Below are positions 9,756-19,682 of a stretch of 64,000 nt of DNA, one piece after another. The notes below the pieces were generated by a model that was not told the DNA's origin, made no database searches, and worked only from the letters and a program-made list of their open reading frames with translations. Made by a program: the position numbers and the translations under genes. The DNA is taken from positions 2,303 through 66,302 of the forward strand of contig CAZNRH010000003.1 of assembly GCA_964575755.1 (NCBI GenBank). The letters are read 5' to 3'. The first letter of the stretch is position 1. Every line of letters begins with the position of its first letter. This DNA comes from an uncultured Candidatus Saccharibacteria bacterium. GTDB taxonomy: Bacteria > Patescibacteriota > Minisyncoccia > Phycocordibacterales > JABMNX01.

Positions 9756-9827
9756 CATAAGATTTGTGCTCCAGTCTATATTTGTGTATTCTAAAAATAG
9801 GCAACGTCTTTTTGGAGGAGGATTGAA

Positions 9828-9962
9828 ATGGTCATAGGAAGAATGCATACATCTAAACCGTCTAAGAAATTAAATTCGTCGCAGTTCGTAATGATCTTTT
9901 TTGGTATTTGTGCAGTGCTTGTTTTTCTATTTATTATAGTTGTTGAATTCAGGGGAACGTAA
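9828..9962 (+). CDS. Small (44 aa) membrane protein
   Basis: Strong Shine-Dalgarno GGAGGAGG placed 7 nt upstream of the ATG. The protein has a single TM helix, and a bidirectional terminator follows. Confidence 0.45.
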   Translation: MVIGRMHTSKPSKKLNSSQFVMIFFGICAVLVFLFIIVVEFRGT

Positions 9963-9987
9963 ACACAAACTGATTTACCGAGTTCGA

Positions 9988-10022
9988 CAGTTGAAAGTTT
10001 AAAGACGACCTTAAAAAGGTCG
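9988..10022. terminator. Bidirectional intrinsic terminator
   Basis: AAAGACGACC-TTAAAAA-GGTCGTCTTTTTT. Confidence 0.7.
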
Positions 10023-10028
10023 TCTTTT

Positions 10029-10433
10029 TTATGTATAATCTCGAATCTTATCTCCAATTTTTTTCATTTCGCCGTCTTTATACGGAGCCCCTTTCCATGG
10101 AAGAAATCCATCTTCGTCGTGGCGAGGAATGATATGCACATGAGTATGGAATACTTCTTGAAACGCCGACGCTTCATTATTCATATATACGTTTACTCCA
10201 GTTGCTCCCATGGATTCTTTGATAACAGGAGCAAGTTTGCGTACAGTGTCCATAAGAGCTACCCAATCTTCTTCTTTAATATCGAGAATATTTCGTGAAT
10301 GCACCTTAGGAATTACGAGCGTATGCCCGGGGTTATTAGGGTTAATCTCAAGAAATGCATATGTTTTGTCATCCTCATATATTTTTTCAGAGGGGATGTC
10401 GCCCTTAATAATTTTTAAAAACAAATCATTCAT
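10029..10433 (-). CDS. HIT-family (histidine triad) nucleotide hydrolase
   Basis: HTHVHIIPR, the HxHxHxx histidine triad motif. Confidence 0.85.
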   Translation of the reverse strand: MNDLFLKIIKGDIPSEKIYEDDKTYAFLEINPNNPGHTLVIPKVHSRNILDIKEEDWVALMDTVRKLAPVIKESMGATGVNVYMNNEASAFQEVFHTHVHIIPRHDEDGFLPWKGAPYKDGEMKKIGDKIRDYT

Positions 10434-10491
10434 ATATATGATTGTATGCTAGAATTCGTGAAAACCCAAGATTTAAAAACATATAGATATA

Positions 10492-12213
10492 ATGAGCCCC
10501 TATACAATCAAAGAAACCTATAAAGAGAAAGACAAAAAAGAGTTGGAGATGTACCCAGAGTTACTTCAAGAGCTTTTAATAAATAAAGGAATAACAACGA
10601 AAAAAGAAGCTGATATATTTCTAAACCCAGATTATGTTAAACATCTTCACGATCCATTTCTTATAAAAGACATGGACAAGGTTGTGGATAGGATACTACA
10701 GGCAATTTCCAAAAAAGAAAAAATAGTAATCTATAGCGATTACGATTGTGATGGAATCCCAGGAGGGGTGTTACTACACGACTTCTTTAAGAAGATAGAA
10801 TACGAAAACTTTACAAATTATATTCCACACAGACATGATGAAGGGTATGGTCTTAATATCTCTGCAGTAGAAGAGTTTGGAAAAGATAACGCAAAGATTT
10901 TAATTACTGTAGATTGTGGTATCACAGACATAGTGCCAGTTGAAAAAGCGAACGAGTTTGGAATAGATGTAATAATCACAGATCACCACGTCCCTGGGGC
11001 AGACTTACCAAAAGCTTTTGCAATATTAAACTCAAAACAAAAGGGTGATACATACCCATACGACATGCTTTGCGGTACAAGTGTCGCATTTAAGTTAGTG
11101 CAGGCACTTATAGAAAAAGCTGGCAGAGTTAATAGCGGTGTAGGCTTTAATATAAAAGAAGGATGGGAAAAATGGCTCCTTGATATGGTTGGGCTCGCAA
11201 CAATAGCCGATATGGTTCCGCTCACAGGAGAGAACCGTGTTTTAGCCCACTATGGGTTACGTGTACTTCGTAAATCAAGGCGCCCAGGGCTTATGCAGTT
11301 ATGCAGAAAGATGTATATACAACAGAGGAATATAACAGAGGACGATGTTGGTTTTATGATAGTCCCGAGGATAAATGCAGCATCTCGCATGGGAATACCA
11401 ATGGACGCCTTTAACTTACTCTCCACTAAAGATGAAGTAGAGGCTGGAGCGCTTTCAACTCACTTAGATAAAATTAATAACAAGAGAAAGGGTGTGGTTG
11501 GAGCAATAACACGAGAAGTCAAAAAGCGGATAGACGAAGATAATCTAAAAGGTGTGATAGTTATGGGTAATCCAGACTGGAAGCCACCTCTACTTGGTAT
11601 TGTTGCGAACAATGTATCTGAGTTATATAAAAGACCAGTATTTTTATGGGGCAGAGATGGTGGAGAGCACCTTAAAGGGTCATGCAGGTCTGGAAACATA
11701 ATGGACGTTATGGAATTAATGTTAAAAGTAGAGAAAGGTTTGTTTTTGGAGTTTGGTGGGCATGCCTTTTCAGGAGGGTTCTCAGTTAAACACGAAAAGA
11801 TTCATGAACTAGAAGAAGGGCTTCTAAAAGCCTATAAGAAGATGGATAAGAACAAAGAGCCAGAACCAATGAGTGTAGACAAGAAGCTCTCGCTAGACGA
11901 CGTGAGCTGGGATACATACAGTGTGTTAGAGAAGCTAGCACCATTTGGACAAGGTAATAAGAAACCATTATTTCTTTTTGAGAACATAACGATAGAAGAC
12001 GTCAGAGATTTTGGTAAAGATAAAAACCATTTACAAATCGACTTTAAGAAGAAGTCAGGAGGTAAAGTATCAGCAATAGGTTTTTTCAAAACAATAAACG
12101 ACTTTGGCGATAAACTAAAAGAAAGGAATAAGATTGATCTTATAGCAACGATAGATAAATCAACCTTTAGAAACATCATAGAGCTCCGTCTACGTATAGT
12201 AGAAATACTTTAA
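10492..12213 (+). CDS. recJ: Single-stranded-DNA-specific exonuclease RecJ (DHH/DHHA1)
   Basis: DYDCDGI and DHH motifs, plus a DHHA1-like GGH region. Confidence 0.85.
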   Translation: MSPYTIKETYKEKDKKELEMYPELLQELLINKGITTKKEADIFLNPDYVKHLHDPFLIKDMDKVVDRILQAISKKEKIVIYSDYDCDGIPGGVLLHDFFKKIEYENFTNYIPHRHDEGYGLNISAVEEFGKDNAKILITVDCGITDIVPVEKANEFGIDVIITDHHVPGADLPKAFAILNSKQKGDTYPYDMLCGTSVAFKLVQALIEKAGRVNSGVGFNIKEGWEKWLLDMVGLATIADMVPLTGENRVLAHYGLRVLRKSRRPGLMQLCRKMYIQQRNITEDDVGFMIVPRINAASRMGIPMDAFNLLSTKDEVEAGALSTHLDKINNKRKGVVGAITREVKKRIDEDNLKGVIVMGNPDWKPPLLGIVANNVSELYKRPVFLWGRDGGEHLKGSCRSGNIMDVMELMLKVEKGLFLEFGGHAFSGGFSVKHEKIHELEEGLLKAYKKMDKNKEPEPMSVDKKLSLDDVSWDTYSVLEKLAPFGQGNKKPLFLFENITIEDVRDFGKDKNHLQIDFKKKSGGKVSAIGFFKTINDFGDKLKERNKIDLIATIDKSTFRNIIELRLRIVEIL

Positions 12214-12265
12214 AATAATTATCCTCCACATAAACACTTACCACAATAGCGCATCGACAACATGA

Positions 12266-12293
12266 CGAATAGTTCGGTTAACCGAACTATTCG
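12266..12293. promoter_or_regulatory. Perfect 28-bp palindrome CGAATAGTTCGGTTAACCGAACTATTCG, a putative operator, upstream of the yerC-like gene
   Basis: A second copy overlaps the stop codon of the same gene at 12713-12738. Confidence 0.55.
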
Positions 12294-12308
12294 TGGTAGT
12301 ATAAGAGC

Positions 12309-12719
12309 ATGACTTATGTGTCAAAAGGACCTCTTAAAAGTGATATAAAGAAACGCTTAGATAAACAATTTGTTAATACTATTGTATCGCTACGTACCAC
12401 TTCTGGTGGTAAGAACTTTATTTCAGAACTTTTAACAGAATCAGAACAAATAATGCTTGCAAAGCGTTTGATGATGATCTTTATGATTGCAGAAGGCGTG
12501 TCGCAATATAAAATAAAATATTTATTACAAGTCAGCTCTTCTACTGTCTCGCATATAGCGTCAAGGCTTGATTCAGGGGCATATAAACATATAAAGAAAG
12601 ATTGTAGAAGTAAAAGAAATCGTCAGACTTTTTGGGATGAGTTAGAGATTATAGTTAGGCTTGGCATGCCTTCTATGGGCAAGAGACGTTGGGATTGGCT
12701 TGATGGATTATACGAATAG
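12309..12719 (+). CDS. TrpR-like YerC/YecD-family DNA-binding protein
   Basis: The helix-turn-helix region LAKRLMMIFMIAEGVSQYKIKYLLQVSSSTVSHIASRL resembles the YerC/YecD Trp-repressor fold. Confidence 0.55.
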   Translation: MTYVSKGPLKSDIKKRLDKQFVNTIVSLRTTSGGKNFISELLTESEQIMLAKRLMMIFMIAEGVSQYKIKYLLQVSSSTVSHIASRLDSGAYKHIKKDCRSKRNRQTFWDELEIIVRLGMPSMGKRRWDWLDGLYE

Positions 12720-12738
12720 TTCGGTTAACCGAACTATT
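12713..12738. promoter_or_regulatory. Second copy of the 26/28-bp palindrome, overlapping the yerC-like stop codon and lying upstream of rnhA
   Basis: CGAATAGTTCGGTTAACCGAACTATT. Confidence 0.55.
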
Positions 12739-12765
12739 GGAGTGTGTGATATACTTTGCAATATT

Positions 12766-13179
12766 ATGCAGAAGATAATCATTTATACAGACGGTGGTGC
12801 ACGCAACAATCCTGGACCAGCTGGAGCTGGAGCCATTATTTTTGACGAAAGTGGTGAAGTGCTTAAAGAAGCATCGAGATATCTAGGGGAGAGGACGAAT
12901 AATTGGGCTGAATATGAGGCGGTTATTCTTGGTTTCGAAGAAGCAAAGAAGCTTGGGTTAAATGAAAGAGTAATCGAATTTAAAGTTGATAGTCAGTTGA
13001 TACAACAACAACTTTTAGGAAATTATAGGGTCAAAGAACCTGCTTTACGTGAACAATTTACCAAAGTAAGAAATTTTCAAGAGAAAGATTTCCCTAACAT
13101 AACCTTTACTCACATCCCTAGAGAAGAAAACAAAGATGCAGATCGCCTAGCAAACGAAGCAATGGATAGAGGGGAATAG
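12766..13179 (+). CDS. rnhA: Ribonuclease HI
   Basis: IIYTDGGARNNPGPAGAG N-terminus and the DEDD catalytic pattern. Start is placed at the ATG at 12766; the longer 12661 start would overlap the upstream gene. Confidence 0.85.
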   Translation: MQKIIIYTDGGARNNPGPAGAGAIIFDESGEVLKEASRYLGERTNNWAEYEAVILGFEEAKKLGLNERVIEFKVDSQLIQQQLLGNYRVKEPALREQFTKVRNFQEKDFPNITFTHIPREENKDADRLANEAMDRGE

Positions 13180-13202
13180 AAGCAAATATATATGGATAAT
13201 AT

Positions 13203-14684
13203 ATGAAGAATATCGTCTACCTTATTGTTGGTGGGTTTGTTACGGGAGTGTTTTGGCGCTCCTTTTTTGATTTCGGGGTGGAATTCTCCGTATTCGTACT
13301 TAGTTTAGGTGCTGTGGTTTTATTAATGTCGTTTATTTTAAAAAGTAGACGGAATGTGTTGCTTGTTGTTATTTTTATTATTTCCGCAGCATTTGGATTG
13401 TTACGATACGATGTTGCGAACATACATCAAGGTAGTGCGGTGGTAGATAGTTTTGTCAACAAAACTATTCTTGCAGAGGGTATTGTAATAGATGAGCCAG
13501 ATGTGCGAGAGAGAAGCACAAACTACACGATTAAGTTACAAAGTGTTTCTGGAGTAGAGGTTTCAGAGAAGGTGCGTATTGTAGCCAATTCATATCCTCA
13601 GCTTACGTATGGAGATAAAGTTGTGGTGTCAGGTGAACTGCAAAAACCAAAAGGCTTTACAACAGATACTGGGAAATATTTTGACTATGCATCTTTTCTA
13701 TCTAAAGATGATATTTTTTACCAGGTGTTATTCCCTGAATTAGAGTTTGTGTCAGGAGGTCATGGAAATGTTATAAAACAATATTTATTTAGTTTTAAAA
13801 ATGCTTTTCTTTCTAAAATTCAGAGATTGATTCCAGATCCGCAAGTAGCTTTGCTTGGAGGATTGGTAGTTGGCGCTAAACAGTCATTAGGGGAAGAACT
13901 TCAAGATAATTTCCGTACCACTGGAATTATTCATATCGTTGTGTTGTCTGGATACAATGTGACAATTGTTGCAGAAGCCATCATGAGAACTTTTGCATTT
14001 CTTCCAAGACTAGCTGGCATGTCGCTTGGTGTAGTATCGATAGTATTATTTGCTCTTATTACAGGAGCGTCGGCAACTATAGTGCGCGCGAGTATTATGG
14101 CACTGTTTGTAATTTTGGCGCGAGCTACTGGCAGAACTTATGGCATGACGCAAGCATTACTTGTTGCTGGCTTTCTAATGGTCTTACATAATCCAAAGAT
14201 TTTAGTTTATGATGCGTCGTTCCAGCTTTCTTTTCTAGCAACTATTGGTTTGATACATTTTTCTCCTCTTCTTGATAGATATGTATCGTTTGTTCCTTCA
14301 AAGTTGCAGTTTCGAGAGTTTGCAACAGCTACAATAGCAACACAGATTTTTGTACTACCTCTTTTGTTATATAAAATAGGCGAGCTGTCTTTGGTTGCGC
14401 TCCCTGTAAACTTACTGGTACTTATTACAGTGCCAATAACGATGCTTTTCGGATTTCTTGCTGGAATTATCTCATTCGTAAGTTTTTTTCTCGCAACCCC
14501 ATTTGCGTTTATTGCTTACGTATTACTTACATACCAACTCAAAGTGGTCGAGTTGTTTGCAAATGTACCTTTTGCTTCAGTTAAAATTAGCACATTCCCA
14601 CTGTGGCTTATGCTTTTATTTTACGCTGTATATGCAATCATTTTGTGGAAGATTTACAGGAAAACTATTAACTCAATAACATAA
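13203..14684 (+). CDS. comEC: ComEC/Rec2 DNA-uptake channel comprising the N-terminal OB/DUF4131 domain and the competence membrane domain, without a C-terminal MBL domain
   Basis: Multi-TM competence domain with HIVVLSGYN-like motifs. Confidence 0.75.
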   Translation: MKNIVYLIVGGFVTGVFWRSFFDFGVEFSVFVLSLGAVVLLMSFILKSRRNVLLVVIFIISAAFGLLRYDVANIHQGSAVVDSFVNKTILAEGIVIDEPDVRERSTNYTIKLQSVSGVEVSEKVRIVANSYPQLTYGDKVVVSGELQKPKGFTTDTGKYFDYASFLSKDDIFYQVLFPELEFVSGGHGNVIKQYLFSFKNAFLSKIQRLIPDPQVALLGGLVVGAKQSLGEELQDNFRTTGIIHIVVLSGYNVTIVAEAIMRTFAFLPRLAGMSLGVVSIVLFALITGASATIVRASIMALFVILARATGRTYGMTQALLVAGFLMVLHNPKILVYDASFQLSFLATIGLIHFSPLLDRYVSFVPSKLQFREFATATIATQIFVLPLLLYKIGELSLVALPVNLLVLITVPITMLFGFLAGIISFVSFFLATPFAFIAYVLLTYQLKVVELFANVPFASVKISTFPLWLMLLFYAVYAIILWKIYRKTINSIT

Positions 14685-14758
14685 TACATAGATTGTTTTC
14701 CACGCACTACGCAGGTTTTTCTTTAAGAACGCTAGTATACTATGTATACAGGTCGTAA

Positions 14759-15037
14759 TTGTTACTTTTTATGTTAAACAATATGTCAACACAGACGATA
14801 GCTATCGGAGGAGTTGTTGCGATTGCACTTGCGGGTACTGGGATGTACATGGCGCAAAATAGAATCGAAATTTGCCATGTGACTAGTGATTCTAGTAAAC
14901 CTTGGAATATAATTACTGTAAGTGAGCGTGCGTGGGAATCAAAACACGAAGCTCATGGTGATAAATATCCTGTTCCAGCAGGAGGCTGTGATGCAGACAC
15001 AGGAGTAGGTCCACCACCACCAGGAGGAGAGAGTTAA
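14759..15037 (+). CDS. Small membrane-anchored protein with a Pro/Gly-rich tail
   Basis: ORF with an N-terminal TM helix and no recognisable family. Confidence 0.35.
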   Translation: MLLFMLNNMSTQTIAIGGVVAIALAGTGMYMAQNRIEICHVTSDSSKPWNIITVSERAWESKHEAHGDKYPVPAGGCDADTGVGPPPPGGES

Positions 15038-15043
15038 GATTTC

Positions 15044-15082
15044 TTACAAAAAAACACCACGGGTTACTGTGGTGTTTTTTTG
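15044..15082. terminator. Bidirectional intrinsic terminator
   Basis: AAAAAAACACCAC-GGGTTACT-GTGGTGTTTTTTTG. Confidence 0.75.
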
Positions 15083-15092
15083 TATATATTTT

Positions 15093-15677
15093 TTACTTTG
15101 CTTTACTAAACCCCTTTTCAACGACACTCCAATTTAGGTTTGAAAGAAAGACGTCGATGTATTTTCCTTTATCTGCTGGTACGTAGTCCACCATAAATGC
15201 GTGTTCCCACATATCCATAGCAATAAGTATAGGAAGTCCTGAAAGCGTGCCAACTTCATGGTTTCCAACCCATGTTACGTGAGGAGTCTTTGCTTTGTTG
15301 TCCCAATACAAAACAGTCCACCCGATACCGCGACTCATTCCAACAGCTTTGAAGTGTGAAATAAAATCCTCAAAACTTCCGTACTTTGCACTGAGTACGC
15401 TTTTTAAATCTTCGTCCTGGATTTCCTTAGAGCCGTTTTCTAGTCCCTCAAAGTAGTATTCATGCATACGCATGCCGTCAAACTCAAAACTAAATCGTCG
15501 GCGTAGCTCTGCAATGATGTACGCGTTTTTTTCTTTGCCTGTTTCTAATTCGTGAATTTTTTCTTGGATAAGATTTACATGTTTCACGTACCCTGAGTAG
15601 AGCCCAAGATGCACCTCTATTTGTTTTTCTGATATACCAGAGAGGTTCTCAAGACTAAATTGTTTTTCTTTATACAT
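15093..15677 (-). CDS. sodA: Fe/Mn superoxide dismutase
   Basis: DMWEHAFMVDY and GIGWTVL motifs with the N-terminal His ligands. Confidence 0.85.
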   Translation of the reverse strand: MYKEKQFSLENLSGISEKQIEVHLGLYSGYVKHVNLIQEKIHELETGKEKNAYIIAELRRRFSFEFDGMRMHEYYFEGLENGSKEIQDEDLKSVLSAKYGSFEDFISHFKAVGMSRGIGWTVLYWDNKAKTPHVTWVGNHEVGTLSGLPILIAMDMWEHAFMVDYVPADKGKYIDVFLSNLNWSVVEKGFSKAK

Positions 15678-15748
15678 AATATATTTTGTTAGTTATTTAT
15701 TTTTAGTATACCAAATTAATATTTTTATGTTTATGATATGATTTTTAC

Positions 15749-16606
15749 ATGAAGTTTTTTCGTACATTTATGGGACCGATAATTGTTGGTCTTTTTGTTT
15801 TCATAAATATTTTTATTTGGTCTTCTGTATTTGCTAGTGAACACGATAGGCTACTTACTATTGCATTTCTTGATGTGGGACAAGGTGACGCCATCTACAT
15901 CGAGGCTCCAAATGGCAATCAGATACTTGTAGATGGTGGCTCTAACTCTGCTGTAATAAGAGAGCTTGGTAAGGTTATGTCGTTTTCTGATCGTACTATT
16001 GATGTAATTGTGGCGACACACCCTGACAAAGACCATATAGCTGGACTTATAGATGTATTTAAGCGCTTTGAAGTTAGTATGTATTTTGACCCTGGAGTTA
16101 ATCCTAGTACTGGAGAATATAAAACGCTTCTAGATATGGTTGAAAGAGAGGGAGTCCGAACGACGATTGCGCGTCGTGGCACAAAGATAGTATTAGGCGA
16201 CGGAGTGTACGCAGAAATATTATTTCCTGATAGAAATGTAAGTAATGTAGAGAGTAACCTAGCTTCGATTGTACTAAAGGTGGTGTATGGAGAGACAGAG
16301 GTGATGCTTACAGGTGACTCCCCAAAAAGTATTGAGAAATATTTAGTATCAATCGATGGAAATAATTTAGAGAGCAATTTATTAAAAGCAGGTCATCATG
16401 GTTCTAAAACTTCCAGCGCGGAGAGTTTTATTGGCTTTGTAAATCCTAAGTATGTAATTATCTCGGCTGGTAAAGATAATAGGTATGGGCATCCACACAA
16501 AGAAGTTTTAGATATATTTAAAAGGTTTGGTATTGAGACGGTAAGTACAGCAGAGCACGGAACTATCATTTTTACATCAAATGGTGATAAATTCACTATA
16601 GAATAG
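15749..16606 (+). CDS. Membrane-anchored metallo-beta-lactamase-fold protein of the ComEC C-terminal domain type
   Basis: HPDKDHIAG and GHHGSKTSS motifs, with an N-terminal TM/signal segment. Confidence 0.75.
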   Translation: MKFFRTFMGPIIVGLFVFINIFIWSSVFASEHDRLLTIAFLDVGQGDAIYIEAPNGNQILVDGGSNSAVIRELGKVMSFSDRTIDVIVATHPDKDHIAGLIDVFKRFEVSMYFDPGVNPSTGEYKTLLDMVEREGVRTTIARRGTKIVLGDGVYAEILFPDRNVSNVESNLASIVLKVVYGETEVMLTGDSPKSIEKYLVSIDGNNLESNLLKAGHHGSKTSSAESFIGFVNPKYVIISAGKDNRYGHPHKEVLDIFKRFGIETVSTAEHGTIIFTSNGDKFTIE

Positions 16607-16780
16607 GTTTCAAAAAACTCGCATAGAGTGTGCTAAACGCAACTAGAGTCAGCAAGACTAGAACTTACAAAGTTAGATGCAATTCAAGGAGTAAACAAAA
16701 AATCCTACGAGTTGAACGTATTGGTTCATCGAGTAGGATTTTTTGTGCAACGACAAAGTAGTGCGCTAACTATGAATGTT

Positions 16781-17023
16781 CTAGATGAGGCCGGCTTTTT
16801 TGAGGGTCTTATAGGCCCCATTTTTGTTAATAGTCCTTATTGCTTTGGTTGAGAGCGTAAGAATCATTTTCTTACCTAACTCTGGTATAAAAATAGTTTT
16901 CTTTTGTAGGTTTGCGTAGCGACGGAACTTCTTACCTGGTATGTAAAAGTTAGCACGAAAACGGTTAACTCGTGTCTGAGCCATTTTTGAACTTTTACCT
17001 GTTATTGGACATACTTTTACCAT
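16781..17023 (-). CDS. rpmB: 50S ribosomal protein L28
   Basis: MVKVCPITGKS...RFRANF...TLSTKAIRTINKNG. The start is the internal ATG at 17023. Confidence 0.8.
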   Translation of the reverse strand: MVKVCPITGKSSKMAQTRVNRFRANFYIPGKKFRRYANLQKKTIFIPELGKKMILTLSTKAIRTINKNGAYKTLKKAGLI

Positions 17024-17120
17024 ATTTATTTGAGTCGTTGCTATGGTATCATTACTGAACTGTCTATGCAAATACTTTTTTTATCTTTCAGTTATTAATG
17101 AACAACTTAACAACTAACTC

Positions 17121-17768
17121 ATGTCTATAGAAATTCTTTTTGTTATTTTAATACTTATTATGTCTGTCGTAATCCATGAAGTAGCACATGGGTACACCGC
17201 TAATATACTTGGCGACCCTACTGCACGCATGGCAGGGCGTTTAACACTTAATCCCCTAAAGCACATTGATCTTATGGGCTCTATTATAATCCCAGGACTT
17301 CTCGTGCTCACAAGTTCACCATTTTTATTTGGATACGCTAAACCTGTTCCATACAATCCATATAATTTACGGAAATATGCATTAGGTCAAAGGTGGGGGG
17401 AAGCAATAGTCTCGCTAGCTGGTCCTGCCAGCAACATGTTCATTGCACTTGTTTTTGGGTTAATTATTAGATTTGGCTCAAATCTTAGTTTTGTAAACTC
17501 TGCATTTATTGAAATAAGTTCAATAGTTGTATTTATTAATATTCTTTTGGCTGTTATTAATATGATTCCAATCCCACCACTTGATGGTTCAAAGGTTTTG
17601 GAGTCACTGCTTCCATTCCCTTTATCACAATCATATGCACGCATTCGTGCCGTTCTAGAACAAAATATATTTATGGCGTTTGGAATTGTGATTCTATTTA
17701 TTTATTTATTTGGCGGAGTGTTTGCTCGATTCGTGTATTATTTGTCATCTCTTATTATTGGATTCTAA
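17121..17768 (+). CDS. Site-2 protease family zinc metalloprotease (peptidase M50)
   Basis: HEVAHG (HExxH) motif inside a TM helix, on a multi-TM protein. Confidence 0.75.
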   Translation: MSIEILFVILILIMSVVIHEVAHGYTANILGDPTARMAGRLTLNPLKHIDLMGSIIIPGLLVLTSSPFLFGYAKPVPYNPYNLRKYALGQRWGEAIVSLAGPASNMFIALVFGLIIRFGSNLSFVNSAFIEISSIVVFINILLAVINMIPIPPLDGSKVLESLLPFPLSQSYARIRAVLEQNIFMAFGIVILFIYLFGGVFARFVYYLSSLIIGF

Positions 17769-17864
17769 ATACAAAAAACGAATCATTTTAAGGTAAGTAT
17801 TGCTTTTTCTCTAACAAAATAGTAAAGTATTGGCACTGCGAATAGCAGTTTTTTGTTAAAAGAC

Positions 17865-18272
17865 ATGTCAACAATTAACCAGTTAGTTAGAAAAGCAAGA
17901 AAGCGACCAACCACTAAATCAAAAGCGGTGGCACTTACTCGTGGTTTTAATACATTAAAAAACAGACCTACTAAATACCCTTCACCATTTAAAAGAGGAG
18001 TATGTACTAAAGTAACAACAAAGACACCTAGAAAACCAAACTCAGCTATCAGGAAGATTGCTCGAGTTCGGCTTACCAACGGTATTGAAGTAACTGCGTA
18101 TATTCCAGGAGTAGGACATAATCTTCAAGAGCACGCCGTTGTACTACTGCGGGGTGGACGAGTGAAAGATATTAACGTTAGATATACCATTGTTCGAGGT
18201 AAGCTTGATGCTGAAGGAGTACAAGGGCGAAAGAGAAGCCGAAGCCGTTATGGTACTAAGAAAGAGAATTAA
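17865..18272 (+). CDS. rpsL: 30S ribosomal protein S12
   Basis: N-terminus [13 protein letters not shown] with PNSA.RK motifs. Confidence 0.95.
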   Translation: MSTINQLVRKARKRPTTKSKAVALTRGFNTLKNRPTKYPSPFKRGVCTKVTTKTPRKPNSAIRKIARVRLTNGIEVTAYIPGVGHNLQEHAVVLLRGGRVKDINVRYTIVRGKLDAEGVQGRKRSRSRYGTKKEN

Positions 18273-18275
18273 AAT

Positions 18276-18737
18276 ATGCGACGACCACTTAAGAAAAAAA
18301 GAGAACTACAACCAGATCGTGTATACGATTCTGTTAATGTGTCAAAATTTATTAACTACGTAATGGAACGTGGTAAGAAAAATACAGCACGAAAGGTTGT
18401 ATACAATACATTCTTAGAGCTAAAGAAAAATGGAGACCCTGTTGAGATATTTGAAACAGCTTTGCGTAATGTAGAGCCTTCAATGGAAGTACGTTCAAGG
18501 CGAGTTGGTGGTGCAAACTATCAAGTTCCACGAGAGGTTCGTGCAGAAAGACGTTTGTCACTTTCAATGCGTTGGATACTTGCAGCTGCTAAATCACGCA
18601 AAGGTTCACCGATGCACAAGAGACTTGCAGAGGAGTTACTACTTGCAAGCAATAAAGAAGGAGAAGCAGTGAAGCGTAAGGTTAATACTCATAAGATGGC
18701 TGAGGCTAATAAGGCCTTTGCCCACTTCGCTTGGTAG
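18276..18737 (+). CDS. rpsG: 30S ribosomal protein S7
   Basis: [14 protein letters not shown]...[11 protein letters not shown]. Confidence 0.95.
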   Translation: MRRPLKKKRELQPDRVYDSVNVSKFINYVMERGKKNTARKVVYNTFLELKKNGDPVEIFETALRNVEPSMEVRSRRVGGANYQVPREVRAERRLSLSMRWILAAAKSRKGSPMHKRLAEELLLASNKEGEAVKRKVNTHKMAEANKAFAHFAW

Positions 18738-18923
18738 CAAACTTTCAGATTTGGCGCATTTCGTTGTTGCTCTACTAAAAAAGACGCTCGTCGTATTTTC
18801 AATACGTCTCGTGTCTTTTTTCTTGCGCGCCTAGAACTGCACTTAAATCTGAATGCTTGCTCTATGATTACTTCTAGAGATTTTTTATTTTATACATAAA
18901 ACTCATTGACCCTATTAAAGACT

Positions 18924-18952
18924 TGACGTGGGTATATTTATTTAGTATAAAT
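18924..18952 (+). promoter_or_regulatory. Sigma70-like promoter with -35 TTGACG and -10 TATAAAT separated by about 16 nt
   Basis: Near-consensus hexamers lying upstream of the gene at 18987. Confidence 0.5.
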
Positions 18953-18986
18953 TATTTAGATATTTCAACTCTGGGGAGTAAGAACA

Positions 18987-19484
18987 ATGCTTCAGTTCGC
19001 AGAAAATTGGTCTTGGGACATTAAGGCTTTGGTTGCTGTTGGGTTGGTATTTTCATTACCCATCCTACTAATCTTCTTTGGAAAACAATACGGAATGAGA
19101 AGCGAGGTGTTTCTCTTGGCGTGGATTGTTGGAGTAAGTGTAGCTTTTATTTTTCTAACTGCGATTTCCGAGACAATGGAAATTATAGAACTGGTTAACC
19201 CTTTTGTGCCTTTCTTGTGCGTTGTCTTATTTGGAGTAATCCTCGGCGGAGTGAGTAACATCCTTATTGCTCAATCAATTGCACAGGCACCTAATCCAGG
19301 ATTACCATGGGCAATATTTTCCATCAGTACACCGCTCGCTTATCTTTTGGCTTATGCTCTTGGAAAGGTATCTCCAACAATGTTTCCTGTGTTTGAATTT
19401 AACTGGGTTAACTTTGCTGGAGTCATTGTACTTGGCATTGGACTTATAATGGTAATGTACCAAACAAATCCATCTACCAATTAA
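18987..19484 (+). CDS. Integral membrane protein
   Basis: Five hydrophobic segments. It is inserted between rpsG and fusA. Confidence 0.5.
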   Translation: MLQFAENWSWDIKALVAVGLVFSLPILLIFFGKQYGMRSEVFLLAWIVGVSVAFIFLTAISETMEIIELVNPFVPFLCVVLFGVILGGVSNILIAQSIAQAPNPGLPWAIFSISTPLAYLLAYALGKVSPTMFPVFEFNWVNFAGVIVLGIGLIMVMYQTNPSTN

Positions 19485-19505
19485 CTCAGGAAATCTTTCA
19501 GCTAA

Positions 19506-19549
19506 CTGGGACTCGAACGATTTGTCGTTTGAGCCCCAGTTTTTCTTTT
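19506..19549 (+). terminator. Intrinsic terminator
   Basis: CTGGGACTC-(nested AACGA/TCGTT)-GAGCCCCAG followed by TTTTTCTTTT. Confidence 0.75.
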
Positions 19550-19682
19550 ATTATTTACTAAATTTTAATTTAATTTTTCAAAACAGGAGTTCTTTAAATG
19601 ACTACTTTCTATTTTCATATAAAAGTGATAGAACTAATACTAGATTAAGATGTAATTTATAAGACAAGGAAGGAGAATACTC

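Noticed and set aside
12266-12293. The 28-bp palindromes read as rho-independent terminators.
   Set aside because: They have no loop of at least 3 nt without opening the GTTAAC centre, and no U-tract follows either copy. An operator or protein-binding site is more consistent.
19500-19545. GGGACTCGAAC...looked like the T-arm of a tRNA on the minus strand.
   Set aside because: No acceptor, D or anticodon arms could be built. The sequence folds as a 9-bp hairpin plus a U-tract, which is a terminator.
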